A DNA stretch of 64,000 nucleotides from Candidatus Latescibacterota bacterium (GTDB taxonomy: Bacteria > Latescibacterota > UBA2968 > GCA-2709665): NCBI GenBank assembly GCA_965248435.1, contig OZ252100.1, forward strand, positions 1,856,001 through 1,920,000, read 5' to 3'. The notes below the pieces were generated by a model, which saw only the letters and a list, made by a program, of their open reading frames with translations, had not been told where the DNA came from and did no database searches. The translations under genes were made by a program, and so were the position numbers. Within the stretch, counting starts at the first letter, position 1; each line of letters begins with the position of its first letter. Below are positions 47,115-57,093 of this stretch, in pieces.

Positions 47115-48968
47115 CTACTCCTCCGCTTCCCTTGCACAGCGAAACCCTACTGTATAATCTACCTTGGTATCTAACCAGTAGGCCTGTCGGTTAGCGGCCG
47201 TGTAAATCTTGGCCGCCTGGTCTGCCATGGAGCCGCTTCGTAACACCTTCATTCTGTCGGGATGGACTCGCGTGTTCAGGGGATTGACGTCCGGGCTGCT
47301 GCTGTAGTAGCGCCGGTCATACCAGTCTTCGACCCACTCCCACACATTGCCTGACATATCCATGATTCCGTAAGGGCTCGCACCGCTCACCTTGAGTCCA
47401 ACAGGCCACGTACTCTCCCGACCGCAGCCATCCCCGCCATCATCCATCACGATCCGCGAGCAGTCAGGATCTTCTTCTCCCCAGGGATAGCGCCTCCCAT
47501 CCGGACCGCGAGCTGCTTTTTCCCATTCGGCTTCTGTGGGAAGGCGCTTCCCTGCCCACGTGCAGTAATCGTTCGCATCGTTCCAACTCACGCAGTTGAT
47601 CGGATGGTCCCCTCGGTCGGATCGTCCCCAATTACAGTACGTGCCCTCGATGTCGTGCTGAAAGGCCTCAGTACCCTGATAAGCCTCTTCGCAGGCACCC
47701 GCATCCACGCACGCCCTGTATTGGTCGGCAGTCACCTCATACTTGTCCACGTAGAACGCATCCAGATAAACGTTGTGAATGGGGAACTCATCGCTGTCCC
47801 CTTGATTGGAGCCCATAATGAACTCGCCTTCGGGGATCTTGACCATTTCCCTTTCTACCGGGCTCGCTGCAAAGTCAGAATCCCCTTCCGCCGCCAGGGC
47901 TGCTCGGTTTTTGTCCATCCAATCCCTGAGATCACGGGTCCCATCGTCGATACCTGAGGTGCCGTCTAGCGACTCAAGAGGATTGTGACTTGATCTCACA
48001 CACCTGAATCCGATGTACGGATACCAACGTCGCGGTTTGAACCGGTATCGGTTTTTGACCTGTGAGGCAACCTGCGGGAGAGAATAGTACCAAGAATCGC
48101 CTCTAAGAACCTTATACTCTCCCGGAGTCACGTTCACAGGGTTCCGAGATGGGCTGGTGGCATAGTAGGCCCTATCGTGCCAGTCTGCAACCCATTCCCA
48201 GACATTTCCGGCCACATCCATCACGCCGTACGGGCTGGCACCGGGGGCCTTGGATCCCACCGGCCACGTGCCCTGGCGCCCACAGCCCAGGGAACCCCAC
48301 GCGAGTACGCCCACCTCACAATTTGGGCCGGTGTTGCCCCAGGGGTAGACCCTTCCATCCGTCCCTCCTGCGGCCTTTTCCCACTCCGCCTCCGTCGGCA
48401 AACGTTTTCCCCTCCAATCGCAGTACTGAAAGGCATCATCCCAGCTTACACAGTTTATCGGATGATCCCCACGGTCATCTTTGTTCCAGTTGCAGCGCTG
48501 TCCGACGGCCGGCTCCTCGCACGGTCCGGCTTCAACGCACGCCTCATAGTCTTGAACGGTCACCTCGAACTCGTCCACGTAGAATGCGTCCAGGTTGACG
48601 GAGTGTCTGGGCCCAACCTGCTGCTCGCCGTTGTCGGATCCCATCCAAAAACCTCCCTCTGGAATCAGGATCATCCGCTTCGAGATAGACCCCACTTCCG
48701 CGAACAGCCTCGTGAACATCACGAAATCGATGAAGTCCACAAGACCGCTGTTGTCCAAATCGAATCGCGATTCACTCGAACCAAACGCCAGGGCAAACAG
48801 AACGAAGTCATCAAACCCTACTTCCCCGTTGTCATCGAAGTCCACATCGGCCTGAACATTCGCCTTGAGTGCTCCGAAGCCAGACACGGTGATCAAAAGT
48901 AGGACGGCGCCCACGACAGCCGCGGAAACAGATCCCGCTCTGTTATTCCCGCTTGCCCCTCTTTTCAT
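47115..48968 (-). CDS. Exported protein with an EF-hand/dockerin-like module and two SUMF1/FGE-sulfatase domains
   Basis: DFDDNGEVGFDDF; two copies of F.MGS / RLPTEAEWEKAA / GNVWEW / GFRC. Confidence 0.88.
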   Translation of the reverse strand: MKRGASGNNRAGSVSAAVVGAVLLLITVSGFGALKANVQADVDFDDNGEVGFDDFVLFALAFGSSESRFDLDNSGLVDFIDFVMFTRLFAEVGSISKRMILIPEGGFWMGSDNGEQQVGPRHSVNLDAFYVDEFEVTVQDYEACVEAGPCEEPAVGQRCNWNKDDRGDHPINCVSWDDAFQYCDWRGKRLPTEAEWEKAAGGTDGRVYPWGNTGPNCEVGVLAWGSLGCGRQGTWPVGSKAPGASPYGVMDVAGNVWEWVADWHDRAYYATSPSRNPVNVTPGEYKVLRGDSWYYSLPQVASQVKNRYRFKPRRWYPYIGFRCVRSSHNPLESLDGTSGIDDGTRDLRDWMDKNRAALAAEGDSDFAASPVEREMVKIPEGEFIMGSNQGDSDEFPIHNVYLDAFYVDKYEVTADQYRACVDAGACEEAYQGTEAFQHDIEGTYCNWGRSDRGDHPINCVSWNDANDYCTWAGKRLPTEAEWEKAARGPDGRRYPWGEEDPDCSRIVMDDGGDGCGRESTWPVGLKVSGASPYGIMDMSGNVWEWVEDWYDRRYYSSSPDVNPLNTRVHPDRMKVLRSGSMADQAAKIYTAANRQAYWLDTKVDYTVGFRCAREAEE

Positions 48969-48995
48969 CTTGCCCTCTCATCATTCAGCGCCCTT

Positions 48996-50741
48996 TCAAT
49001 TCTGCTGATAGGCGCGGTATCGTCCCTCGAAGACCTGCTGCAGCCAGATTTCGAACGTCAGGTATCGGCAAACAGCATCAGCGTGGTCGGCACCGCTTAG
49101 ATGGCTTTCCCAGTCGGCCTCAACACGCTCCCTTGGAATGTAATCGGGATAGATCGCCTCTGAATTCCGGAGCAGGTTGTTCGAAAAAGATCGGGCGGGA
49201 TCCTGACGAAGCCATATCGGATAGTCTGCAACACCGACACAACCCGGCGAGATGAAACGCGTTTTGACTTTTCTGGATTGAACTGCCGCCCAAGCCAAAC
49301 CACGAGGCCATCCGATCGGTACCCCGGTATCTCTCCACGGTATGGTCTTAAAATAGCTCGGAAACGTGTGCAACAGCATCTCGTTATACAGACAACTGCG
49401 GAACCTGAGAAAGCCAGGAAGGCTGAACAAGAATTCGATCAGTTCGTTATCGAAAAAAGGTTTCCGCTGTTCGATCGAAGTCGCGCACATACGTGTTCCG
49501 CCAGAAATGAATCGACGGCCCCGATTCTGAATCAGGTAGTACTCGGCGCTGTCCAAAGACTTGTAGTCTTCCCAATTCTCGATGTGATCGGGCTCGCAGG
49601 CCATCTGCTTCGCCACCAGTTCGGACGACTGAAGGCCTTCTAGATCCCCCCTCTCTTTCACATAACTCCCGCCCATGACCACATCCCCCAGAAATCCGTG
49701 CAGATTGATCTTGGGACGCTCGACACTGTCCAAAGCCTCGATCCCGTGCATGTGCATCAGATTAAGTTGTCCATCCGTCCACCAGACCCCTTTTGGCCTG
49801 TCCGAGAACCAGTTCTCGGCATCGATTGTCACAACGTGATGGGCTGACCCTTTAGTTTTTGCGGCTAACCGGGCGATTCGAATGTCGTCGCAGCCGGACT
49901 TTCCGAACGTCACCGCCTGGATCGGCTCTGCGCGGGCCGGAATCGCTGCCAGGATCGCCCGCGAGTCCAGGCCGCCGCTCAGCGTCACACCGATGCCTTC
50001 GTTCGAGTCACAGCGCCGTTCGACCGCATTTCGAAACAGCCTCCCCATCTCCTCTGCCGCATCCCGCAACGTCAAATCCTTCCGCTTACGGATCTCATCC
50101 CACCACCAATAACGCCTTGTTTGGAGGGACCCCTCCTTGATGTCCCACGTCAGAACCGTCCCTGATGAAAGCAGCTGTACCCCCTCGAACCAGGTTCGGT
50201 CCTCGAGGAGGTATCCGGGACCGAAGAACTGGTCAACGGCCCTTCGGTCAATCTTTACACGAAAGCCAGGCAGCGCGAGTACAGCTTTGACTTCGGAGGT
50301 CCAGAATAATCCGCCTTCGTGAACCGTCCAGTAGAGGTGCCGCAAGCCGAAACGATCCGTCACAAGATGGACAACATGCCTTCTGGAATCGTAGATGACG
50401 GCGGAAAAAATACCATCGATCCGTTTTAGGGCAGGCAAATCAGCCACCTCTTTGTAGAGCTCAGACAGGACTTGCGGATCTTCCCCCCCTTGTAAGCCCA
50501 GCTCGTCGCGGTTGAAGAATTCTCCATCCAGCCAGACATAAGTACCATCCTGGTGAAAGGGCTGGTGCGCCCGCTGAATCGCGTCAAGGTGAGTTCGGGA
50601 GGCGTAGACAGGTCCCCCGCAAAACAACTCATCCTGCTTATAAGAAGCCCGGTGCGTGATGAGGTCTCGCATCTGCTTCAAGGTCCTCTGACCCATCTCC
50701 CGGTCAATTTCCGGGTGGACAAACCCTACGAGTCCTGGCAC
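48996..50741 (-). CDS. Asparagine synthase-related amidotransferase (polysaccharide modification)
   Basis: TDRFGLR, LSGGLDSR, RKPFFD; N-terminus MPG. Confidence 0.82.
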   Translation of the reverse strand: MPGLVGFVHPEIDREMGQRTLKQMRDLITHRASYKQDELFCGGPVYASRTHLDAIQRAHQPFHQDGTYVWLDGEFFNRDELGLQGGEDPQVLSELYKEVADLPALKRIDGIFSAVIYDSRRHVVHLVTDRFGLRHLYWTVHEGGLFWTSEVKAVLALPGFRVKIDRRAVDQFFGPGYLLEDRTWFEGVQLLSSGTVLTWDIKEGSLQTRRYWWWDEIRKRKDLTLRDAAEEMGRLFRNAVERRCDSNEGIGVTLSGGLDSRAILAAIPARAEPIQAVTFGKSGCDDIRIARLAAKTKGSAHHVVTIDAENWFSDRPKGVWWTDGQLNLMHMHGIEALDSVERPKINLHGFLGDVVMGGSYVKERGDLEGLQSSELVAKQMACEPDHIENWEDYKSLDSAEYYLIQNRGRRFISGGTRMCATSIEQRKPFFDNELIEFLFSLPGFLRFRSCLYNEMLLHTFPSYFKTIPWRDTGVPIGWPRGLAWAAVQSRKVKTRFISPGCVGVADYPIWLRQDPARSFSNNLLRNSEAIYPDYIPRERVEADWESHLSGADHADAVCRYLTFEIWLQQVFEGRYRAYQQN

Positions 50742-52264
50742 GGCTTGACCTCAGGACTCCTGTTCACCACAAGATTCCATAACTCGAGCAGGAAGCGCTT
50801 ATCCATCAAGGCTCCCATCAGGAAATATACAGCTCCCCCCAGTATCCATACGGCCCCAAGCGTAGGGAGGGCACCCGAAAAGAGATCTCTCAAGAATACT
50901 AAAGCCGCAAGAGAAAGGGCCCCCGACCCGGCAGCCATCACACTCGGCCTCAGGAGTGTCTTTACAAACGCAGTCTGCCGGAGGCCAATAAGCGACCGCA
51001 AGATGAATACCCCGATGATGAGATACACGAAAGACAGGACTCCGTAACTTACGGAAATCACCAAAACACCACGCTCCACCAAGAACCAGAAAATGAGCGC
51101 GTTGACCAAAAGCACGAGGATGTTGAGTTTGAACCCGATGTCCACCCTCCCCTTTGCGAGTAAGATGGAGCCGATCGGATTTCCCAGGACCTTGAAGAGC
51201 CCGACGAAAACGAGGACCTGAATCAGGACGACGGTCTGTCCCCAACCTTCCCCGAGGGCAATCGGGACGAACAGTGGGGCCGTAATGCCCATACCGATCA
51301 GAATCGGTAGCAGGAAGACGGCCAGAATCTTGACCATCTCCAGATAGCCCCTCTGCAGTGCGGCATCGTCCCCCTGACGCCGGGTAAAGACCGGGAAGGC
51401 CACGCGCGTGACGATGGGATTCAACCTCTGAAGTGGAATCATCACAAAACGGTAGGCTATCGTATAAACGCCAAGGATCTGGGGTCCGAGAAACCTCCCG
51501 ATCATAACATAGTCCACGTTCGCGGAAAGCGAGTTGATACTCCTTTCTCCCATCTGATAGAGCCCAAACCCCAGGTAGCTCTTCAGATCACGCAGTTGAA
51601 AGCGCTGTACCGGGGGCCATCGCCTCCAGCCGAAACCTGCGTAGCAGAGCGACTTGAGCGCCGCCGACGCCAACTGCCCCCAAACCAGTGAGAAGACACC
51701 TTGACCTCTAAGGGCGGCCAGGACAGAGATCACGGCAGCCAATGTCACGGAAGCGATTTCTATTCCCGCGATCCGGTCAAACTGCAGCTCTCGCTGCATC
51801 AACATCTGAAACTGGTGTCCAATCGGCGTAATCGCAAGAGTCATTGCGACCCAAATCATCACGTCAATCAAACCGGGCTCGCCATACGCGCGGCCTATCA
51901 GCGGAGAGCACGCTACGACAAAGACAAAGACAACCAAGCCAGACGAGATGTTCAACCAGTAGAGGCCCGAAAGTTCACTCGGAGTCGCGTCGAGACGCTG
52001 AACCACCGCATTGCTGACGCCAACATCCGAAAAGGCCTGAGCCACGCCGATGACGACCATGGCCATGCTCATTATTCCGAAGTCCGCCGGGTTCAGCAAG
52101 TGAGCGAGTAGGGAGAGCTGGATCAATTGGAGGCCGCTCGTCACACCAGCGGATCCGCCCGTCCACCTCACACCTGCGACGGCAGAGCGCCTCAGGCCCT
52201 CAGCCTCAAATGTAGGGCCTGATGGGTCTCGATCGGACTCGGTGCCTTGCGAGTCGCCATTCAT
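50726..52264 (-). CDS. Wzx (WzxC-like) polysaccharide flippase
   Basis: LLNPADFG, DVGVSNAVVQ, DYVMIGRFLG..LGVY; multi-TM. Confidence 0.88.
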   Translation of the reverse strand: MNGDSQGTESDRDPSGPTFEAEGLRRSAVAGVRWTGGSAGVTSGLQLIQLSLLAHLLNPADFGIMSMAMVVIGVAQAFSDVGVSNAVVQRLDATPSELSGLYWLNISSGLVVFVFVVACSPLIGRAYGEPGLIDVMIWVAMTLAITPIGHQFQMLMQRELQFDRIAGIEIASVTLAAVISVLAALRGQGVFSLVWGQLASAALKSLCYAGFGWRRWPPVQRFQLRDLKSYLGFGLYQMGERSINSLSANVDYVMIGRFLGPQILGVYTIAYRFVMIPLQRLNPIVTRVAFPVFTRRQGDDAALQRGYLEMVKILAVFLLPILIGMGITAPLFVPIALGEGWGQTVVLIQVLVFVGLFKVLGNPIGSILLAKGRVDIGFKLNILVLLVNALIFWFLVERGVLVISVSYGVLSFVYLIIGVFILRSLIGLRQTAFVKTLLRPSVMAAGSGALSLAALVFLRDLFSGALPTLGAVWILGGAVYFLMGALMDKRFLLELWNLVVNRSPEVKPCQDS

Positions 52265-52808
52265 CAAACAGGAACCTGGTTTCGGCAAATGCCTAGGAGA
52301 AATATTGAAGCGCGTCAGCTCCACCCCAATATAGTGAATCCGCAGGGATGGAGAAATGGTTAGAATGGTTCGCCCTTCGCCTTTTCATGTTGTTTTGTCT
52401 AGCGTTGGGAACATTCTGTTCATGGACAAACCAGCGATCGAGTGTATATTGGGGAACATTGGACCCCTGCGGGTCTTAGACCAAGCACTTTCGATCGATC
52501 CGGCTCGGTTTTGCACAAGGTGCAGAAAATACTGACCCATAGTCAGGAATCCAAGGCAAGAAAACCACGGCTTGACACCCGTCGATCCCCGTCCGGGCAG
52601 ATCGATGAGGGCAATCCGCACGTGGCGATGAGGTGGGTGTCTGATGCACCCCCCTCAGCAAACTGGTTTTGTAGTCGATCTAGGCGAGTCGGTTTTCAGA
52701 ATCTGATCACGTTTTCCAAGCCTGACCTGTGCGCTTTTTTGGACCTCTTGAGACCTGCCCCGGGATGGCATTTGATGAAAGATCGGCTTGAGCAAAGGGA
52801 TGAGGCAG

Positions 52809-54272
52809 ATGGCTGCGCTTGCTGAGAGAAGGTGGATAGAACCCGACAACAGACGGCTGCTCACCGTCGTCTGCGTCGTGCACGCGGCGTTGATCGTGTT
52901 GCCCTTTTTGAAGACCGAGCTTGGGCCGCTCATCGTCATGCTGGTCCTGCTTTCGATCGTCGCACTGCTTGCGTCCCCCACACTCTCCCTGCTCTATCTG
53001 TGCGTGATTTCTGCCGTGGTGCCCTCGCAGTTTTTCGACGACTATCTGTTGCTGCCCTTCAATTTCAAGTTCTATGAAGGGCTATTTGCTGTAGTGCTCT
53101 GTACGGGCCTGATCTCGTGGCTCCAGGAAGGGCAGCTCGCGTGGCGGCATCACAGTCGTCTCGACCGACCCGTCTTGATTTTTCTTTTTCTTTTGGTCTT
53201 CTCTGTGGGTTTAGGACAGTATTATGGCCAATCTACTTCGCAGATGCTCCGAGATGTCCGCTACCCGCTCTACTTTGCACTATTCTTTGTGGTCGCGGGT
53301 TACTTTGATACTCGGAAATGCCGAATCTTCCTCACGTTACTGACGATATCCTCTGCCGTTGTAGGACTTGAGTATCTCGCCGAGTTCTTGGACATCGTAG
53401 ATATTTCGATCTCAGGCTCCTTTTATCGGGTCGCCCGAATGGAGGGTCTGATGATGCCCATCGGCGTGCTCGTGATTGGCGCAACGTTACTGTTCGATCC
53501 TTCACTTCGCCTGCGGGTGTTGGCCACGATCGCGCTGATCCCGATCGGTCTGGCGCTTGTGCTGACCGTAGGCCGAGGGATGTGGATTGCCTTAGCGGCG
53601 GGGCTTTTCCTCCTGGGATTTCTGACCTTCCGCGATCGGCAGACAGCATTTAAGCGGAGTCTGAAGATTCTGATTCTGGTACTTCTGCCCTGCCTGGTTG
53701 TGGGGATGGGCTACCTCTTTCAAACGGTGACCCGCGCAGGTGTGGGAGAGATGGCCTTTGCGCGGCTGGCGCGCGTGGTGGACTACGAGCAGGACCATTC
53801 GATTGTGGGACGGCTGATGTCCTACGGGATTGCAATGGAAGAAATCTGGGAACGACCACTTCTGGGCGGCGGGCACGGGGCGACCGTGACCTATCTGGTG
53901 ACCGACCCTCTTCAGAGTTTTATGCTTACGACCGGTGAAGTGGACAACGTCTACCTGACCATTCTGCTACGCATGGGGGTCTTGGGTCTGTTGGCCTTCC
54001 TGTGGATCTTCCTGAAGGGCCTGCAGATGGCCTACAGGACCTTCCAGCGAACGGCAGACCCCAGCGTGCGTCTGTTCTGCGCCTCGTTTTTTGCAGTATA
54101 CGGAGCAATGCTGGTTTACGGTATGGCCGACAACACGATGATGGGCAACCGGTTGATCTTCTGGCACGCGGCATTTCTGGGCATTTTGGCGAGGCTGGAG
54201 CGAGAAACCGGGAACGACCTGCCCCATATCCGCCCGACCAAGCTCGAAGGGCCTCACGGCCCCGAGGCGTGA
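52809..54272 (+). CDS. O-antigen ligase/polymerase (Wzy_C) family protein
   Basis: Multi-TM; LTVGRG, GR...ERPLLGGG, DNVYL...GVLG. Confidence 0.82.
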   Translation: MAALAERRWIEPDNRRLLTVVCVVHAALIVLPFLKTELGPLIVMLVLLSIVALLASPTLSLLYLCVISAVVPSQFFDDYLLLPFNFKFYEGLFAVVLCTGLISWLQEGQLAWRHHSRLDRPVLIFLFLLVFSVGLGQYYGQSTSQMLRDVRYPLYFALFFVVAGYFDTRKCRIFLTLLTISSAVVGLEYLAEFLDIVDISISGSFYRVARMEGLMMPIGVLVIGATLLFDPSLRLRVLATIALIPIGLALVLTVGRGMWIALAAGLFLLGFLTFRDRQTAFKRSLKILILVLLPCLVVGMGYLFQTVTRAGVGEMAFARLARVVDYEQDHSIVGRLMSYGIAMEEIWERPLLGGGHGATVTYLVTDPLQSFMLTTGEVDNVYLTILLRMGVLGLLAFLWIFLKGLQMAYRTFQRTADPSVRLFCASFFAVYGAMLVYGMADNTMMGNRLIFWHAAFLGILARLERETGNDLPHIRPTKLEGPHGPEA

Positions 54273-54286
54273 GAGCGCCACAAATT

Positions 54287-55954
54287 TTATATCCGCTTGC
54301 GAGCCAACATTAGGTAGTTCCAGGCGTCACTCTCGACCCGGTGAAGGCGATCCAGCAACAGTGCACTCACCTGCACGAGCAGATAACAAACCCGGACGGG
54401 AAGGATAAACGGTCCGCGCTCGAAGTGTTCCAGATAGTAGCAGAAGCGCGATCCCGCGGTCATCCAGTATCCGGCCATGGCGCGCACCTCGATCACGTCA
54501 AGTCCAGCCTTGTTGGCCAGGTATCGCAGGCCGTAACCCGTATAACGATAATAATCGTTCGGTTCTTCGTGAATGCCCCAGATGTGTGGAGCGGTCAGGA
54601 TGAGGAGACCGCCTGGCTTCAAGACTCGTGTGATCTCCGCCATCGCCCGATCGGGCTCGGGCAAATGTTCCAAGACCTGGCTGCAAATGACCGTCTCAAA
54701 GGCCTGCCCTCGAATGGGAAGGGCAAGGGCATCCCCACACGCATCAATCCCTCGCACGGGGGTGCGACTTCGATCCCGGTCCACACCCACGTAGCGGTTG
54801 ACCTTCGAGCCGAAAATCTCCTTGTAGGGCATCCCGCCGCATCCTATGTCCAGCAGCGCCCCAGAGGCCTCGTGCGTCAGTCCCTCCATCGTCCTGCGCA
54901 TCACGCGATGCACGGCCCAATTCTTTGAAAAGATACTCGCATCCACCTGGCTTGCGCTTCGCCTCCTCCCTCCGTCTACCCCCAAGAGATGCGTCCCGGA
55001 AACAACACCCGCAAGGATGGCCGCAAAGAAGATCCCTCCGCTGACCTCGGCCGAACCGAACGCCCCCAGCAGACCCAGCCCCCCAAGGATTCCGCAAGCC
55101 AGATAGATCCTTGTGACCGTTGCCCGGATGGAGCGCCCGGACTTCCTGAGCTGATCGGCGACGTGATCAGGACTTGCGGCAAGGATAGACTTCCCGCGCT
55201 TAAAGCGGGCCAGGGACACGAACCCAGCCTCGAAGCAGGGAATGCCGAGCACGAGGAGTGGGCCGAGCTGCCCCTGGGGCGAGGGGAACACACGTGTCAA
55301 CTCAGCTGCAAGACCCCCAAGGACAAACCCTGAGAAGAGACTCCCGGTATCCCCCATGTAGATCCTGGCCGGCTGATAATTGTAAACCAGAAATCCTGCG
55401 AGCCCTCCGGCCAACGATGCGCCCACCAGGCTCAGCTCCGGCTGGCCTGCAACCAGGGCCAGAACGGCCAGACAAAGCGAGGCAATCACCCCGACGCCGG
55501 CAGCCAGACCGTCCATCATGTCGAGGACGTTGAAGGCATTGCAGATCAACAGGAGCCATACGCCGGTGAGTAACGCGTCGGCCACATCGAACCCAAAGAC
55601 CCTCGCTCGCAATCCGAGGGAGAGTGCGACTGCGATCACTGTAGCCTGCAGGATGAGTTTGCGATAGGGGCTCAGGGCGCGGAGGTCGTCAAGAAAGCCG
55701 ACAAGCGCCATCCCAGCTGCGCCAACGATCAAACCTGTCGGAAGCGAGGAGGGAAAGAACAGAATCGCGGCGGTCAGAATCGCTAGGCCGCCGAAGGAGG
55801 GAATGGATGCGGCTCCAGCAGGGTGAGGCCGAAAGCGTGGGGTCCGAAGGACCAGCGTGCGTAGGATGGGAGTGAGACACAGGGCCACTGCACATGAAGC
55901 AACGAAGACCGGGAAGGGACCCGACCCGACCAGGTCTTCCAGGAGGACCTCCAT
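54287..55954 (-). CDS. WecA/TagO (MraY-family) sugar-phosphate transferase fused to a class I SAM methyltransferase
   Basis: GFLDD, NAFNVLDMMDG, YMGDTG; then LLDIGCG, QVLEH, LKPGG, HEEPNDYYRYT. Confidence 0.8.
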   Translation of the reverse strand: MEVLLEDLVGSGPFPVFVASCAVALCLTPILRTLVLRTPRFRPHPAGAASIPSFGGLAILTAAILFFPSSLPTGLIVGAAGMALVGFLDDLRALSPYRKLILQATVIAVALSLGLRARVFGFDVADALLTGVWLLLICNAFNVLDMMDGLAAGVGVIASLCLAVLALVAGQPELSLVGASLAGGLAGFLVYNYQPARIYMGDTGSLFSGFVLGGLAAELTRVFPSPQGQLGPLLVLGIPCFEAGFVSLARFKRGKSILAASPDHVADQLRKSGRSIRATVTRIYLACGILGGLGLLGAFGSAEVSGGIFFAAILAGVVSGTHLLGVDGGRRRSASQVDASIFSKNWAVHRVMRRTMEGLTHEASGALLDIGCGGMPYKEIFGSKVNRYVGVDRDRSRTPVRGIDACGDALALPIRGQAFETVICSQVLEHLPEPDRAMAEITRVLKPGGLLILTAPHIWGIHEEPNDYYRYTGYGLRYLANKAGLDVIEVRAMAGYWMTAGSRFCYYLEHFERGPFILPVRVCYLLVQVSALLLDRLHRVESDAWNYLMLARKRI

Positions 55955-57093
55955 CAGATCCCCGAAGTCGTGTCTCTGCCGTTCGGGCTGAACCCCTCTA
56001 CCGCCTCTATCACCTGCCCGATTTCACCTTCGGACATGCTCGGAAAAAGAGGCAGTGTGACCAAGTTTGTCCAAACGGACTCTGTAATCGGCAGAGGACG
56101 CCGGAAAGGCGCGTAGATAGAGTAGAAGTGGTTGGGCTTGTAGTAGACGTTGGAAGCGATCCCACGGTCGGCCAGGTGTACGATCAGTCCGTCTCGATCC
56201 TCCGCCTTTCCGACATAGGCGTGGAAAGAACTCTTGACGTGAGGCCGCTCCACCGGTACCTGAAACCACGGAAGGTCAGAAAAGCCCTTCCCATACTGCA
56301 GGGCGATCTCCCGTCTCTGGGCGTTGCCCGATTCCAGCTTCGCAAGCTGCACGAGCCCGATGGCCGCATTTAGATCATTCATCTGGAATTTATAGCCGGC
56401 CTCCGACACGTCATAGTCCCAGGGGCGGCTGCTTCGCTTCCTTTCATACCGTTCCCAGGTATCCTGACCGATTCCCATCCAGCGCAGCTGTCTGAGTCGT
56501 TCCGCCACAGCGGGGTCGTTCGTCGTAAGCATACCGCCATCGCCTGTCGACAGGTTCTTGATCGCGTGGAAACTGAAGCAGCCGATCGTCCCGATACTCC
56601 CTGCCATCCGTCCTTTGTAACTCGCCCCACACGCGTGTGCTGCGTCCTCGATCACCGGGATGCCGTGTTTGCCGGCGGCCCCCAGGATGGTATCCATCTC
56701 ACACGGGTGACCACCGTAATGCATCACGAGAATCGCGGCGGTCTGTTCGGAAATCAGATCCGCCACCGACTCAGCATCGATGTTTAGTGTCTCCGGGTCG
56801 ATGTCGCAGAACACCGGTTTGGCGCCGTTTTGAAGGATCGCATGATTGGTCGAAACGAACGTCAGCGGGGTCGTAACCACTTCCCTGCCGGCTACGTTCA
56901 GGACCTTCAACGCGAGAAAGAGGGCTGCAGAACAGGAGTTCACGGCGATGGCGTGCTTCGTGCCCACGTATTTAGCGAACCGGCGCTCGAATTCTTCCGC
57001 CTTGGGTCCCGGGCCGACCCATCCTGACAGAAGCACCTCCCGGACGGCCTCGACCTCCTCTTCGCCAAACCACGGCCGGAAAATGGGAATCAT
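55954..57093 (-). CDS. DegT/DnrJ/EryC1/StrS sugar aminotransferase
   Basis: EDAAHA, SFHAIKNLSTGDGG, GYKFQM. Confidence 0.93.
   Translation of the reverse strand: MIPIFRPWFGEEEVEAVREVLLSGWVGPGPKAEEFERRFAKYVGTKHAIAVNSCSAALFLALKVLNVAGREVVTTPLTFVSTNHAILQNGAKPVFCDIDPETLNIDAESVADLISEQTAAILVMHYGGHPCEMDTILGAAGKHGIPVIEDAAHACGASYKGRMAGSIGTIGCFSFHAIKNLSTGDGGMLTTNDPAVAERLRQLRWMGIGQDTWERYERKRSSRPWDYDVSEAGYKFQMNDLNAAIGLVQLAKLESGNAQRREIALQYGKGFSDLPWFQVPVERPHVKSSFHAYVGKAEDRDGLIVHLADRGIASNVYYKPNHFYSIYAPFRRPLPITESVWTNLVTLPLFPSMSEGEIGQVIEAVEGFSPNGRDTTSGI

Noticed and set aside
52325-52790. ORF 52442-52825 or an ncRNA in the wzx-wzy gap
   Set aside because: No RBS, motif or recognisable RNA structure; more likely a divergent promoter region.
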